DNA of 61,693 nucleotides, the filler included, from Malacoraja senta (Eukaryota), in the NCBI GenBank assembly GCA_038087875.1. It is 3 parts of 3 records of this genome, joined end to end, with 100 filler letters (N's around TTAATTAATTAA, not from the genome) between each part and the next. Parts side by side here need not be neighbours in the genome. Positions count along the whole stretch, not along the records: positions 23,122 to 52,788 come from JAXLNO010000485.1; 2 more parts are not named here. One strand, given 5' to 3'. Below the pieces are notes generated by a model that was not told where the DNA came from, searched no databases, and saw only the letters and a list, made by a program, of their open reading frames with translations. A program made the translations under genes and the position numbers. Positions 24,546 to 36,339 of this stretch are shown here, in pieces. Each line of letters opens with the position of its first letter. Position 1 is the first letter of the stretch.

Positions 24546-27500
24546 TAACCATGGATTTTCTTGACCACAGTTGACAGCCCCTAATGGGATTGCATGTCTA
24601 TCACACATCTCAAAAGAGCACAGCGTTAAGCTTCGAAGGGCAAAATTTACACGAGATGTGCAGGTCAGGTGTTTTTTTGCACAGAGACAGCTTGATACCT
24701 AGAATGCGCTGCCAGGAGTGGTGGTAGAGGAGGACATGATAATGGTGCTTAAGAAAGTTTTGGACAGGCTCGTGGGTATGCAGGGAATACACGGATACGG
24801 ATCACATGCAGGCAGTGGAGATTAGTTTTGGTTTAGTTTAGAGATAGAGTATGGAAACAGCACCTTTGGGCCACTGAGTCTGCACTGACCAGCAATTGCC
24901 CATTCACTATTTCTGTCCTACAAGCTAGGGACAATTTACAGAAGCCAATTAACCTGCATGTCTTTTGTATTTGGGAGGAAACCGGAGCCCCCAGAGAAAA
25001 CCCACAGGGTGACAGAGAGAACGTACAAACTCCGTCCAGACAGCACTCTAGTCAGGATCGAACCCAGGTCTCTAATGCTGTAAGACAGCCACTCTATCAC
25101 TGTGCCTCTGTGTTGCCACAGTTTAACTTGGTATCCTGTTCCACATGGACATTGCAGGCTGAAAGTCCTGTTCTTGTACTGTTCTATGTTCTATATATTC
25201 CCATTGGACAGGGCAGGGATATGTTTTCCACTCCTCCAGCCTCCATGTTGAATACTTCCTCCCAGTTTAAATCTGATTCAATTAGTCAATCCATTTCTCC
25301 CTCCCCTCCTGCCCTGCTCCCCATTCTATATCTTGAAGTAGTCATTCCCTTTTTCACTCCCTGGTCTGTCTACTATCCCCACAACTTTCCTCTACTTTCC
25401 TGTCTTGGTGCAAGCAACATCTATCCATTTACCACTTTCCATAGACCCAGGCAGTTCTTCAAAGTGAAACAGCGTGAAACACTTGGACTTCCAGTCAAAT
25501 CTACTGCAATTGGTTTTCATGACGTAATCTTCCACATTGCATCAATGAAACAAATAGAATGGCTGCTTTCTGGAGAACCCGCATTCAATCCATGGGACTT
25601 TCTAAGATTCCTAATTCCTGCCATTCTAATTCTCCATTCAACACCCACCATGATCCATCCATCTGTTTCTCTTACACTAGGATAACAAGGGTGAAAGTAA
25701 CCTTGAGGACCAACAACTCAGCTTCTGTCTGGACATGTTGCAGCCTTTCAAACTCAATTCCACATTCAACAAGTTGCATTCCCTGTCGATAAAAGAACTG
25801 GTCCTTTCAACTGTTAAGTTGAAGACAGAAAGAACAGATGCAAGAAGTATGAAGCAGGATCCCAAGCTGAAAGATTACATAACCATGTCTTCCAAATGCT
25901 GCCTGAGCCACTGAGTTACACCTGCACGTTTTTGTGTGTTTTTAAATTACAGTAAAGTTATCCACCTGCAAAATCAGGACAGCCAGACCTACTTGAGTAG
26001 TGCAGTATGTGTTGCATTTTATATAACTCTGTTTAGTTTCATGCATGCAGAGATGCAGTGAAATGGTTTGGATGGAACAGCAGATGCTGGACACCTCGTC
26101 CCTTCTCTCCAGAGATGCTGCCTGTCCCGCTGAGTTACTCCAGCTTTTTGTGTCTATCTGCAGTGAAATGGTTGTTCTGCATTCTCCCCTGTCAAGTCAT
26201 ACTGTACATAAGTACAATTCGTCCTCTTCTGGAACAGCACGCAGAGATCCACCACATTCCAGTACTATCTTGCAGCTTTCAAGTCTCTGAGAAGTCTGAT
26301 TTTGCCCTAAGGAAATACCCAATTTCTAATTTTCTCATGTTAAGGCCCAGTGTCATAACAGCACTGGATTGATGAAGTTGAGGCGCCTGCCTCAGTTTAA
26401 GTTTTTCTGTTTCAAGATTGTGACCGAACCCTCGTCACTGGAACTGTGCCGCAGTGCCACCCATTACGTATCAGTCCCAATTATCTTTCAACATGCTGGA
26501 ATCACTTGTTTTTTTAATCCTTTTTAGACTTTTTTCATGAATTGTTCAGCATAAACAGTTATGCTACAACAAAGTTAAGCGCAGGTACCACTTAGTTCCA
26601 GAGACGTAACAACACAAGATATAGTGTTGGAAGAATGATCAAACTCACACATAGTGGTTATTAGTAACTTTGCAGAGGAAACACAAGGTGCTTTCATCTC
26701 AGCATGCTTACTACCAGTCTACCAGAGAGAGAGAGAGCTGTCTAATAAGCCTGTGGGCGGAGCCACAGTATGAGTGACACTAATCTACAGATAGGCACAG
26801 GGATAAGTTTCGGATTATTATTGTCACGTTTAGTTTCGAGGTACAGCATTGAAATAGGCCTTTTGGCCCACTGAACCTGTGCTGACTAACGACCACCCAA
26901 ATATTAGTTCTATCCTACACACTAGGGACAATTTACAGAAGCCAAAAAACTTACAAACCTGCACGTCTTTGAATGTGACGGAACTGTAGCACCCGGAGAT
27001 AACTCACATGGTCACAGAGAGAATATGTGAACTCTATATAGACAGCACCCATTGTCAGGATTGAACTTTGGTCTGTGGTACTGTAAGGCAGCAACTTTCC
27101 AGGTAGTTGCATGCTATCCAATTGGATGAGATAACAACATACATATATATGATCATCAAACTCAAGTACTGAAGGTAGAGCAAAGGGGAAGGTACAGAGT
27201 GTGGCATATAGTTCTCAGCAATGTAGCACACCAGTTCCATTAGATAAGGGTTTCGACACGAAACGTGACACATTCCTTCTCTCCAGAGATGCTGCCTGAC
27301 CCATTGAGTTACTCTAGCATTTTGTGTCTATCTGCGGTTTAAACCAGCATCTACAGTTCCTTCCTGCATAGTTCTATAAACAAAGTCCACTGTCTGTAAT
27401 GGGGTAGTGGTCAATTGGACAGTACCCTAGCTTATGGAACGATCATTCAGAAGCCTGATTTTCTCCTCGGTTATCAAGTTTCCGAGTAAGCCATTTGGTC

Positions 27501-28373
27501 CTCTAACCTGCCCACCATTCAATATGACCATGGCTGACGTTCCTCAGGCATCAACTCCTGTTCGGTGCCAGTTCCTCATTGCACTCAATTCTCCAATCTT
27601 TCAAAAGTTTAACTACCGCCATATTAAATGCTTCCAATGATTTTGTCTTCACAAATCTCTGGCGCCAGAGAATGACCACACTCTGTAAAAAGAGATTTTG
27701 TAAACAAATGACTGGTCTCTTTTATCTCTTATTGAAGAGGAGTGAAAATACTGCCAATTTTAAGCTTGTCCCCTCCCCAATTGGCCCTCATTTCGTAACT
27801 TGTCAATTATTTATTATTGTCAATAATGTGCCCTAGTGAAAAGATTTGCTGTTGGTATTAGTTTATTATTGTCACGTGAACTGAGATATAATCAAAAGTT
27901 TGTCTGTGTGTTATCCAATCAGATCATACTACACATGTGTAATCAAGCCATCCACAAGTAGATCAGTGCAAAGAGTAAAATATTCAGAGTGCATAATATC
28001 GGTTTACAATATCATAGCATTACAGTTACAGAGAAAGTGCAGATCAAAAAGAGTAGCAAGGATCACAATGAGATTGGTTGGAAGATCAGGGCAACATCTT
28101 ATCTTACATGAGAATCATTCAGTAGTCCAATAACAGCAGGGAAGAAGCTGTTCCTGAATTTAATGGTACGTACTTCCAAACTTTCTTGTGTACTGTCTTA
28201 ACAGGGAGGGTACGATCCCTTTTAAACCACGTGTTTGGTTGATGGTGACGAAAGAGGCAAAATGGGCCAGATGCGGACAGTAACTTGGTGGTTGTAGTAG
28301 ACTGAAGAATATTTTGTGATGGGTGACTGCACGTTTTACTGAAGGTGAAAATAACCATCTTACTGTCTTGTAG

Positions 28374-28640
28374 TTTCCCCTGAGGTCACTCTCGCTGCCC
28401 GCCCTGATGATCATTCAGTCCTGTACTGCACTGTGTTTGGATTTTACCCACCGGCCATCAAAGTCAGCTGGTTGCAGAATGGTCAACATGTCTCTGAGAC
28501 GAAATCTTCTGGGGTCGTACCCAACAACGATGGAACATATCATCTAAGGTCTGTCCTTGAGTATGATCCGTATGATGGGAAACAGTATTCCTGTCATGTC
28601 GATCACAGCAGCCTGCCCGGTGGGAAGACCATCATCTGGG
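28374..28640 (+). CDS. MHC class I-like heavy chain, alpha3 (Ig C1-set) exon
   Basis: Acceptor tactgtcttgtag and donor G|gtaaga, 267 nt, phase 1/1. Translation xSPEVTLAARPDDHSVLYCTVFGFYPPAIKVSWLQNGQHVSETKSSGVVPNNDGTYHLRSVLEYDPYDGKQYSCHVDHSSLPGGKTIIW. Contains the C1-set motifs C..GFYP..I.V.W, PN.DGTY and YSCHV.HSSL, and ends in W at a phase-1 intron, as class I alpha3 exons do. Confidence 0.85.
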
Positions 28641-28715
28641 GTAAGAACGTTAAATATTCTTTCATAGATAATCATTATCTTCTGTTGTTTCCATTTTAAT
28701 CATTGTGACTACATC

Positions 28716-29759
28716 TAGGTATGTTACAAAACTTACCTTCAGCGGCGCTGCAGTTCTGTCACTTCCCGTGTGCGCGACTTTGGCGCCTTTGAGAGGGGGG
28801 CGGGTTTAAAATGCGATATTTCGGCAGCCTGTTCTAAACGATCTTGAACAGGCTAAATAGTTGATGAAGAAAAATCGCTTCGACTGCCGTTTTATTAAGT
28901 TTATTAATATTAGCGCTTTATAATTTAATTGGTGGAGTAAAATTAAAATCATCTTCAAATGCCGTAAACGCCGACAACGGGGACGGATTTCACGCACGGG
29001 ACAAGGCAAGGTACACCATTTATTTTTTCATATAAACTTGCTTCTTAGGATGCCTTTATTAAAAATTTCAAGTTGCGAAAATGTGATTATTTAAATATAC
29101 CAACCGGCAGTATTTTTCCTGCCGATATTGGGGTTTAATTCAGTGTAACCGCAGCGTTCCAAACCAGCGCGTTCCACAGAATCCCACTCGCAAGATGATT
29201 TAAATGGCCATTAATTTACAGGAATTAAACACTAAATTCCTTCCATTTGGCCTATAAATTAATGACAATGAGATTTAAAAATAATGTTTTATTGTGAATT
29301 GTTGTGTGAATGTTATTTGGACACTTAGGCTTTTTAAAAATGTTAACCTTTTCTTAAGAAATGGATAGATATTTAGATCTAGTAATTGAATTTTGTAATT
29401 AGCTACAATTGGGTAACTAACTAATTATATGCTTTAATTTCAGGTCATCCAAGTAAGATTGTTTCATATTTGTTTCAGAATGCTTCAATCTATAATAACT
29501 GAAAATTTCATTAAGTTCTCTTAATTTTTAAGAAAGTTATGGGCTTTTGACTGTCCTTGATCACAGCTTTTGTGTTAAGTCAATGGAAAAGCAATAGGGA
29601 ACAAGATGCTAATTTCCGAGTATGAAAATTGCCAAACTTTTTTAATACAGAAGATATGAAAGTGAATTAGGTGTCAAATTAAACTTCTTTTTATGCTTTA
29701 TCTGATGGGATAAATTGCAGACTTGATTTTTAAAATCTCAAAATTTTGTGACATTGCTA
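28716..29759. mobile_element. 1,044-bp non-autonomous DNA transposon with TAG..CTA ends and a 4-bp TSD (Academ-like, tentative)
   Basis: TIRs TAGGTATGTTACAAAA / TAGCAATGTCACAAAA (13/16). CATC is duplicated at 28712-28715 and 29760-29763. No coding capacity seen. The superfamily is inferred from termini and TSD length only. Confidence 0.65.
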
Positions 29760-32420
29760 CATCCCATGTAATACATCCCATATTCCAAGATGCTTAAACT
29801 TTCTTTGTTTAGTGGTGTTGCTCTAAGTAATCACGTAATCAGCACCCACTCTCCACATGAGCAGAAGACTTTGTCAACAGAAAATTTATTAAAAGTAAGT
29901 AAATAAATAACTAATATACAAGGAAGGAGTATTTGGGATTCTCAGTGGTGGAACTGATATCCATGAAAGGTATGTTTAAATAATAAATGAATCTTTCCTC
30001 ATGGTGTGATGAACAGCAAGGCACTGGGGGAGTACATGCCCCAATCTGAATCAATAGTCTGAAGTGGAAATGATTGAGAGCTTCGTGTTCCTTGGCATGA
30101 ATTTATCCAATATTCTGTCATGGACTGACCACATAGCCAAGGAGGCACACCGACACCTCTACTTCCTCAGGAGACTGAGAATATTCACCATGTCTCTGGT
30201 GACTCTAGCAAACATCTATAGATGCCGCTAGAGAAAGCATGTTGTTGGGTTGCATCACATCTTGATTTGGGAACTGCACTGCCCAAGACTGCAAGAATAT
30301 ACAAAGAGTTAAAGATCATCACACAGCCCAGACTTCCCACTATTGACCCAATCTACACCAGGTTGCCTTGGAAAACGAGACTTATCCCACCTTTCTCACA
30401 TTCCTCCTTCCTGCTCCCATCAGGCAATAGGTACTGAAAGTTGAAAATAAGCACTGCCAGACTCAGGAACACTCCCTTTCCACCTGTTAACAGGCTTCAG
30501 AAGGGTCCTTCCATAATGTAGGTTTAATGCCCGATTCACCTCAACCTCATTGAACATTGAACATTGTCCATGGAACTGATGTGTTACAATGCTGAGAACT
30601 ATATTCTGTACTCTGTATCCTCCTCTTTGCTCTATCTATTGTTTTTGAGTTTTTTATTTATCTATAGTATTATCTAATTTGTTTGGATAGCATACAAAAC
30701 AAACCTTTGCACTGTATCTTGAAACATCTGACATTAATAAAACTAAACCTAATGAAGTAAGTTCCCTGAAGCAAGTCACAGCTTCTGCAACGAAAAACAA
30801 CTGCCTGACAAACAGCGATCGTAGTTTGATTCGAGGTATGCTGCACTAACCTACACAAATGCTCACTTTTGAAGATTCCCTCGAACAATGCACAACTAAG
30901 GAATCTGATGTTTCACTCTGAAGACTGTTGACATACTCCAGAACTTAATTTCCAACCTATCTATGTATCATCAGCAATCTAGGCTACAGCACCACCAGTC
31001 CCTTCATCTGCTCTTAATACTAACGATAAGTAGTTCACTTTCTTGCATTGATTCCCATCCTGCAGTTGCAGTTTCCCAACCTGAACACTCCTTTAAGACA
31101 ACTCTCTGCTTGCTCTTAATTGTTTTTCCATTCATGCTAATTATTACCCCCAATGTCATAAGCCATGTGCCTTTGCATCACTTGATCAGATATCTTATGA
31201 AAATCCAGATATTGTGGCGACATCTGGTGGTCAGGCCACTTATTGCTAGAACCCTCGTCAGGGGAGCTGGGACTATCACGTGACAGGGTTTTGGTGGGAG
31301 TTGGTGATGAGTTAATCGCCAGTCAACTGGTGTGCCCGATTACAACGGCAGGAACTTTGCTCAAGTCCTTACTAAACACGAGTGGGCCAAAACTGTATTT
31401 CTTTAAAAAAAACATTGATTTGTTCACGACGCTTGGATCTCTACAATATATTGTATTTCTTTTGTTTCTCATTCCAATTTTGTTACCTATTCTGCTTTTC
31501 CATCATTTTGTTTTTGAATTTTAGGCTGTGCACACCTGCAAACTACTGCTGCTTAAATATACATCGTCTACGGGTTCCTGTTGCATTTTCAAAGAATTCT
31601 AATCAATTTCTCAAACAAAGTTTGAAGAAGGGTCCGTAAACGAAATGTCACCTGTCCATGTGTAGGGAGAAACTGCAAATGCTGGTTTACACTGAAGATG
31701 GACACAAATTGCTGGAATAACTCAGCTGGTCAGGCAGCATTTCTGGAGAAAAGGAATAGGTGATGTTTCGGGTCACGATCCTTCTGACTGAGTCCATGTT
31801 CGCCAGAGATGTTGTCTATTCCGCTCAGTTACTCCAGCATTTTGTGTCTATCATGTATATTCTTTCCACTGACTGGTTAGCACGTAACATAAGCTTTTCA
31901 CTGTGCCTCAGTACTTGTGACAATAAACTAAACTAAAGCTTTTGTATAAATCAGTATCTGCATCTCTTTCTTTCTACAATTTTCCTGTTAATGCACTTTA
32001 TTGTTTTGTTATTACTTAAATGTTCTGCCATTATTGAAAGGAATCCAACATTTTCCCCAAAACAGATGATAGTTTATATAGGGTTAAAGCTTTCTGCTTT
32101 CAATTCACCTTCTTTCATGAATTAAGTTGTGGCTGTGATGGTCCCATAGATCATAGAGTTGTACAGAACAGATATTGTCCCTTTGCCATGTTGCAGATCT
32201 CCGTGATTCAAAACAACATATTTATATATGTTGAAAAGCGCCAAAGATAGACACAAAATGCTGGAGTAACTCAGCGGTCAGGTAGCATCTCTTGAGAAAA
32301 GAAATAGGAGGCATTTCGGGTCGAGACCCTTCTTCACCCTGAAGTCTTCAGACAGTGCCCATCTATTTAGCTGCACAGCTTAACAAATGATATGTAAAAT
32401 TATGCATTCTTATTTTTCAG

Positions 32421-32524
32421 AAGGAAATGGGAAGACAGGCACATAGGCCTTATTGCCGTGTGTGTGCTGATATTGCTGGCTATTGTCTTGGCAGTAATCG
32501 TTTGGTGGAGAAAAAAGAGGAGAG
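32421..32524 (+). CDS. Connecting peptide and transmembrane exon of the MHC class I-like gene (apparent 1-nt frameshift before the TM)
   Basis: Acceptor ttcttatttttcag and donor G|gtaaga. One frame gives IGLIAVCVLILLAIVLAVIVWW-RKKRR (hydrophobic helix plus basic stop-transfer). The exon is 104 nt. Read in phase 1 from alpha3 it gives EGNGKTGT then TAG at 32444-32446. Assignment to the same gene as the alpha3 exon is inferred from position and strand. Confidence 0.7.
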
Positions 32525-33164
32525 GTAAGATGGAAAAATTGTGATGAACTGTTGCTAGTAAAGGTATTGGGCTTGAAGAAATGATCGATCTCAAGTAGGA
32601 TAAGGCAGCAGCTACACTTCAAATGCTTCGACAGTCACCACTGTCAACTAGCCTTTGTGCTGTTGTTAAATGTTTCTGATGATCAGATATTTGAAAATTG
32701 TGAATTCAGTGTAAGAAAAAAAGTTTAACATTATGGATTCACTGCACCAAATCCTAGAAATATCATTGAGTCATTAAAAAGTACAGCATGGAAGCAGTCC
32801 TTTTGGCCCACCGAGTCCATGCCAACCACCAACCACCTGTTCTCATGAATTCTATCTCATTGCACCTTCTCATCCAGTCACCCACCCACTAGGGGCAATT
32901 TACAGTGGCCAATTAAACTATAAACTGACAAATCTTAGGATGTGTGAGGAAACCGGAGCCCCTGGAGGGATCCAATGCGGTTACACGGAGAACGTGCAAA
33001 CTCCACATAGATGGCACTCAAGGTCAAAATTGAACCCGGGTCTGTGTCGCAGTGAGGCAGCAGCTCTACCAGTTGTGACACTGTGCTGCTCTGTTGGGGG
33101 CTCGCACTGTTCATGATCCAAGTCAGTTACGAGGCAGATTGGTTGCAGTTTAACATTTACTAGT

Positions 33165-33460
33165 TTTGTTTAGTTTAATTTAGAGATACAGTGACGAAAC
33201 AGGCCCTTCGGCCCATCGAGTCTGCGCTGACCAGTGATCCCCGCACATTAACACTATCCTACACACACACACACACCATGCCAATTAACCTACATACCTG
33301 TACGTCTTTGGAGTGTGGGAGGAAACCTTAGATCTCAGAGAAAACACACGCGGTCACGGGGAGAACGTACAAACTCTGTACAGACAGCATCAGTAGTCGG
33401 GATCGAATCCGGGTCTCCGGTGCTGCAAGCGCTGTAAGGCAGCAACTCTACTGCTGCACA
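33165..33460 (-). mobile_element. HE1/V-SINE-type SINE with internal (CA)n
   Basis: Reverse-complement copy. Adjacent copies lie at about 32780-33088 (-) and 34350-34580 (+). Confidence 0.85.
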
Positions 33461-36339
33461 CAGTAGCCGCCTCCGTGGCCACTGTTGCTGGAAGACTCTA
33501 TGTTTCTATGACTCAAAATTAAGTGGGAATGTGAGTAGTGGGAGAAATGGTTCAAAGTGGAAAGTCGAATGAATGAGCAACAACATGACAGTTGGACTAC
33601 AATGTGAAACAGGGCAGCACTGAGTCAGAGACCTTAATTAAATACCGACATCTGTGGAGTTTGCATGTTGTTCCTGTGACCATGTACGTTTCCCCAGGTG
33701 CTCTGGTTTCCTCCCACATCCCCAAAACATGGTTTGGAGGTTAGTTGTCCCCTGGATTGTGCATGATACAATGTGGGGAGAGCTGATGAGAATGTAGGAC
33801 AAATGTAGGATTAGTGTACATGAATGGTTGGTGCAGGTCAGTGGGACAAAGGCCATGTTTATATATTTCCATGACTCTTTATGATGTAGATGCTGACTAT
33901 TTTTGAATTATAAGATTGGAAAAGACTGTGAGGGATGGTGCTAGAGTAACTCAGCAGGTCAGGCAACATATAGGTGACATTCTGGTTCGAGACTCTTCAG
34001 GCAAATTACAATGGGTATTCCTCCGCTTAAGTCTGATAGTAGTGTACAGATGCACCTCGACCACTGACGTGCTCAACAAGTGCCCCAATGAGTTGAATTA
34101 AAGTATGTTTGGAGTAACATGCAGCAGTCCTTAAAATCTACAATTTCCTAAATCCCAAGAGAGCTGGATGATCAGGGATTTAGTGTAAATTCAGTCATCT
34201 ATATCACTGGTTTCTTGCCTGTGATCACACTGTTGTAAGATATATTCTGATGATGAATTGCAGTTCACTTTCCTCCTGTGTAAAGGAGTTATTGTGTTGA
34301 ATATAACAAGTGGAAGGGAAAGTCAGTGTAGGATTTAGAGTTTGTACATAATGCAGCATGGTAGTGCAGCTGGTAGAACTGCTGCCTCACAACGCCAGAG
34401 ACCCAGGTTCAATCTGGACCTCGGGTACTGTCTACGTGGAGTTTGCACAGGTGTGCAGGTAATCATCCTCGGTAAGTCACCCTGACAGTGTAGGGGGTGG
34501 ATGGGAAATCTATTATGAATGGGTGATTGCTGGTTAGTATGGATTTGGCGGCACAAATGGCCTGTTTACACACTGTATCACTGTTTTCAAGAGAGAGTTA
34601 GATTTAGCTCTTAGGGCTAAACGAATCAAGGGATATGGGGGAAAAGCCAGATCGGAGTACTAATTTTAGATGATCAGCCATGATTGTATTGAATGGCGGT
34701 GCTGGCTCAAAGGGCCGAATAGCCTATTCCTGCACCTATTTTTTGATGTTTCTATCTTTCTATTAAATAAACTATATTGGAAGACAGAAGGTATTGACTG
34801 ATGCATCTTCACACCAGCTGTAAATGTCATAAACTGAAAATTGATTGCAAATGTTATACAATATTATAAACTAAACTGGGTGATCAAAATGTCAAGATGG
34901 ATGAAGAGCAGAGTTTTCATTGAAATAACAGACGTGCTGCTTTCTCGAGCACTTGGCCTTGGTTGTGTAATATTTCCTCTTCAAAATACAATGTTCCCTG
35001 GCATTGCTGGTCTGAGACACCATTCAGCAAGTATATTTCCTGAAACGGAGGTTCTGCTTTCATGGTATCAAGATGCCTAACAGCTCCAGCACCCAGATCA
35101 GAACCAAGCCATTTCTCACCTTGCCAAAACTAAGAATGCAGCAACAATTTAGTCATTGAACATCAACGACATGCATATTTGAACTGAGGCAATGGTTAGC
35201 TTATTATCACTGTAAACCAGTCATGGTCATGGGTCTGCCATTGTGGTCACTATTAGTGAGGGTGATTAACTATCATTTAGCAGTGAAACGGAAAAGAATT
35301 GGCTTTTCAAGCCCACGGAGCCATAGAGTCATACGGCATGGAAATGGGCCCATTGCCTCAACTTGGCCATGTCAACCAAGATGCCATGTTTGAACTACTA
35401 CTTTCCTGCAATTGACCCATATCTCACTGAACCTTTCCTATCTACAGTATGTACCTGTCCAAGTGTGTTCTAAAATGTTTTTTAATACCTGCCTCAACTC
35501 CTTCCCCTGGAATGTTCTTCCATATTTCCACTTCCTCTGGTTCCGAGTAACTCGTTTCCTTCTCACCTTAAACCTAAGTCCTCTGGTTCTTGATTACACA
35601 AGGCTGGTTAAAAGATTCTGTGCATTCAATCTAACTATGCTCCTTGATTTTATAAACTTCTATAAGATCACCCCTCAGCCTCTTGCGTGCCAAGGACTAA
35701 AGTCCAAGCATTCTCATCCTCTCCCTGAATCACAGGCCCTGTTAATGACATCCTTCCGATAGTGGAGTGACCAAAACTTAACACAATACTCCAAATGTGA
35801 CCTCACCAACATCTTGTACAACTGTAGCAGAACATCCCAACTTTTTTATTCAGTACCTTTCTTTTAAAATCTTTTTATTGTTTTTTTTCCAAAAAACAAA
35901 AACAAAAATAAAACATAAAAAACAGAGCAAAAAGAATAATGATAAACATAACAATGGTATTGATACATAGGGATCAGGATTACATTAATAACAGGTATAA
36001 ACTAATATGAGACCAGTGTCAAAATACCCAATGAATATAGACCTCTCCGTCTCTATGTAAATATAGTTAAATCTTTAAAAGGAAACATAAATGTAAAAAA
36101 AAAGCAAAGATAAAAAGACAAAAAGAAAAACAAAAAACAAAACCCCCCTAAACTAAAAAAAAATTAAAAAAATTGGATAATAATAAAATAAGAATAAAAA
36201 TAAAATAAATAAATAAAAACAAAACAGAGCAAACCCGAATCTGAACTGAGAAATTTAACAATTTAAGTCTGTTTGTCGTCAAGTCCGTTCCACTCTATGA
36301 AGGTAAAATATGTTTTATAACGGTTAAAGAGGGAACAAT

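Noticed and set aside
25110-25685. 191-aa plus-strand ORF as a possible class I alpha1/alpha2 region
   Set aside because: It starts in a SINE end and runs through degraded Penelope sequence (PRQFFKVKQR, then EDQQLSF..LQP nearby). It has no class I motifs.
29843-29894. 52-nt (3n+1) AG..GT segment that could restore the class I TM frame
   Set aside because: Read in phase 1 it contains an in-frame TAA.
28374-32524. Reading the Ig exon as class II beta2, W-category, tapasin or B7-H6
   Set aside because: PNNDGTY lacks the class II beta W (PNGDWTY). The TM lacks the glycine pattern of class II-type heterodimers. The exon end and spacing fit class I alpha3 best. Not formally excluded without a phylogeny.
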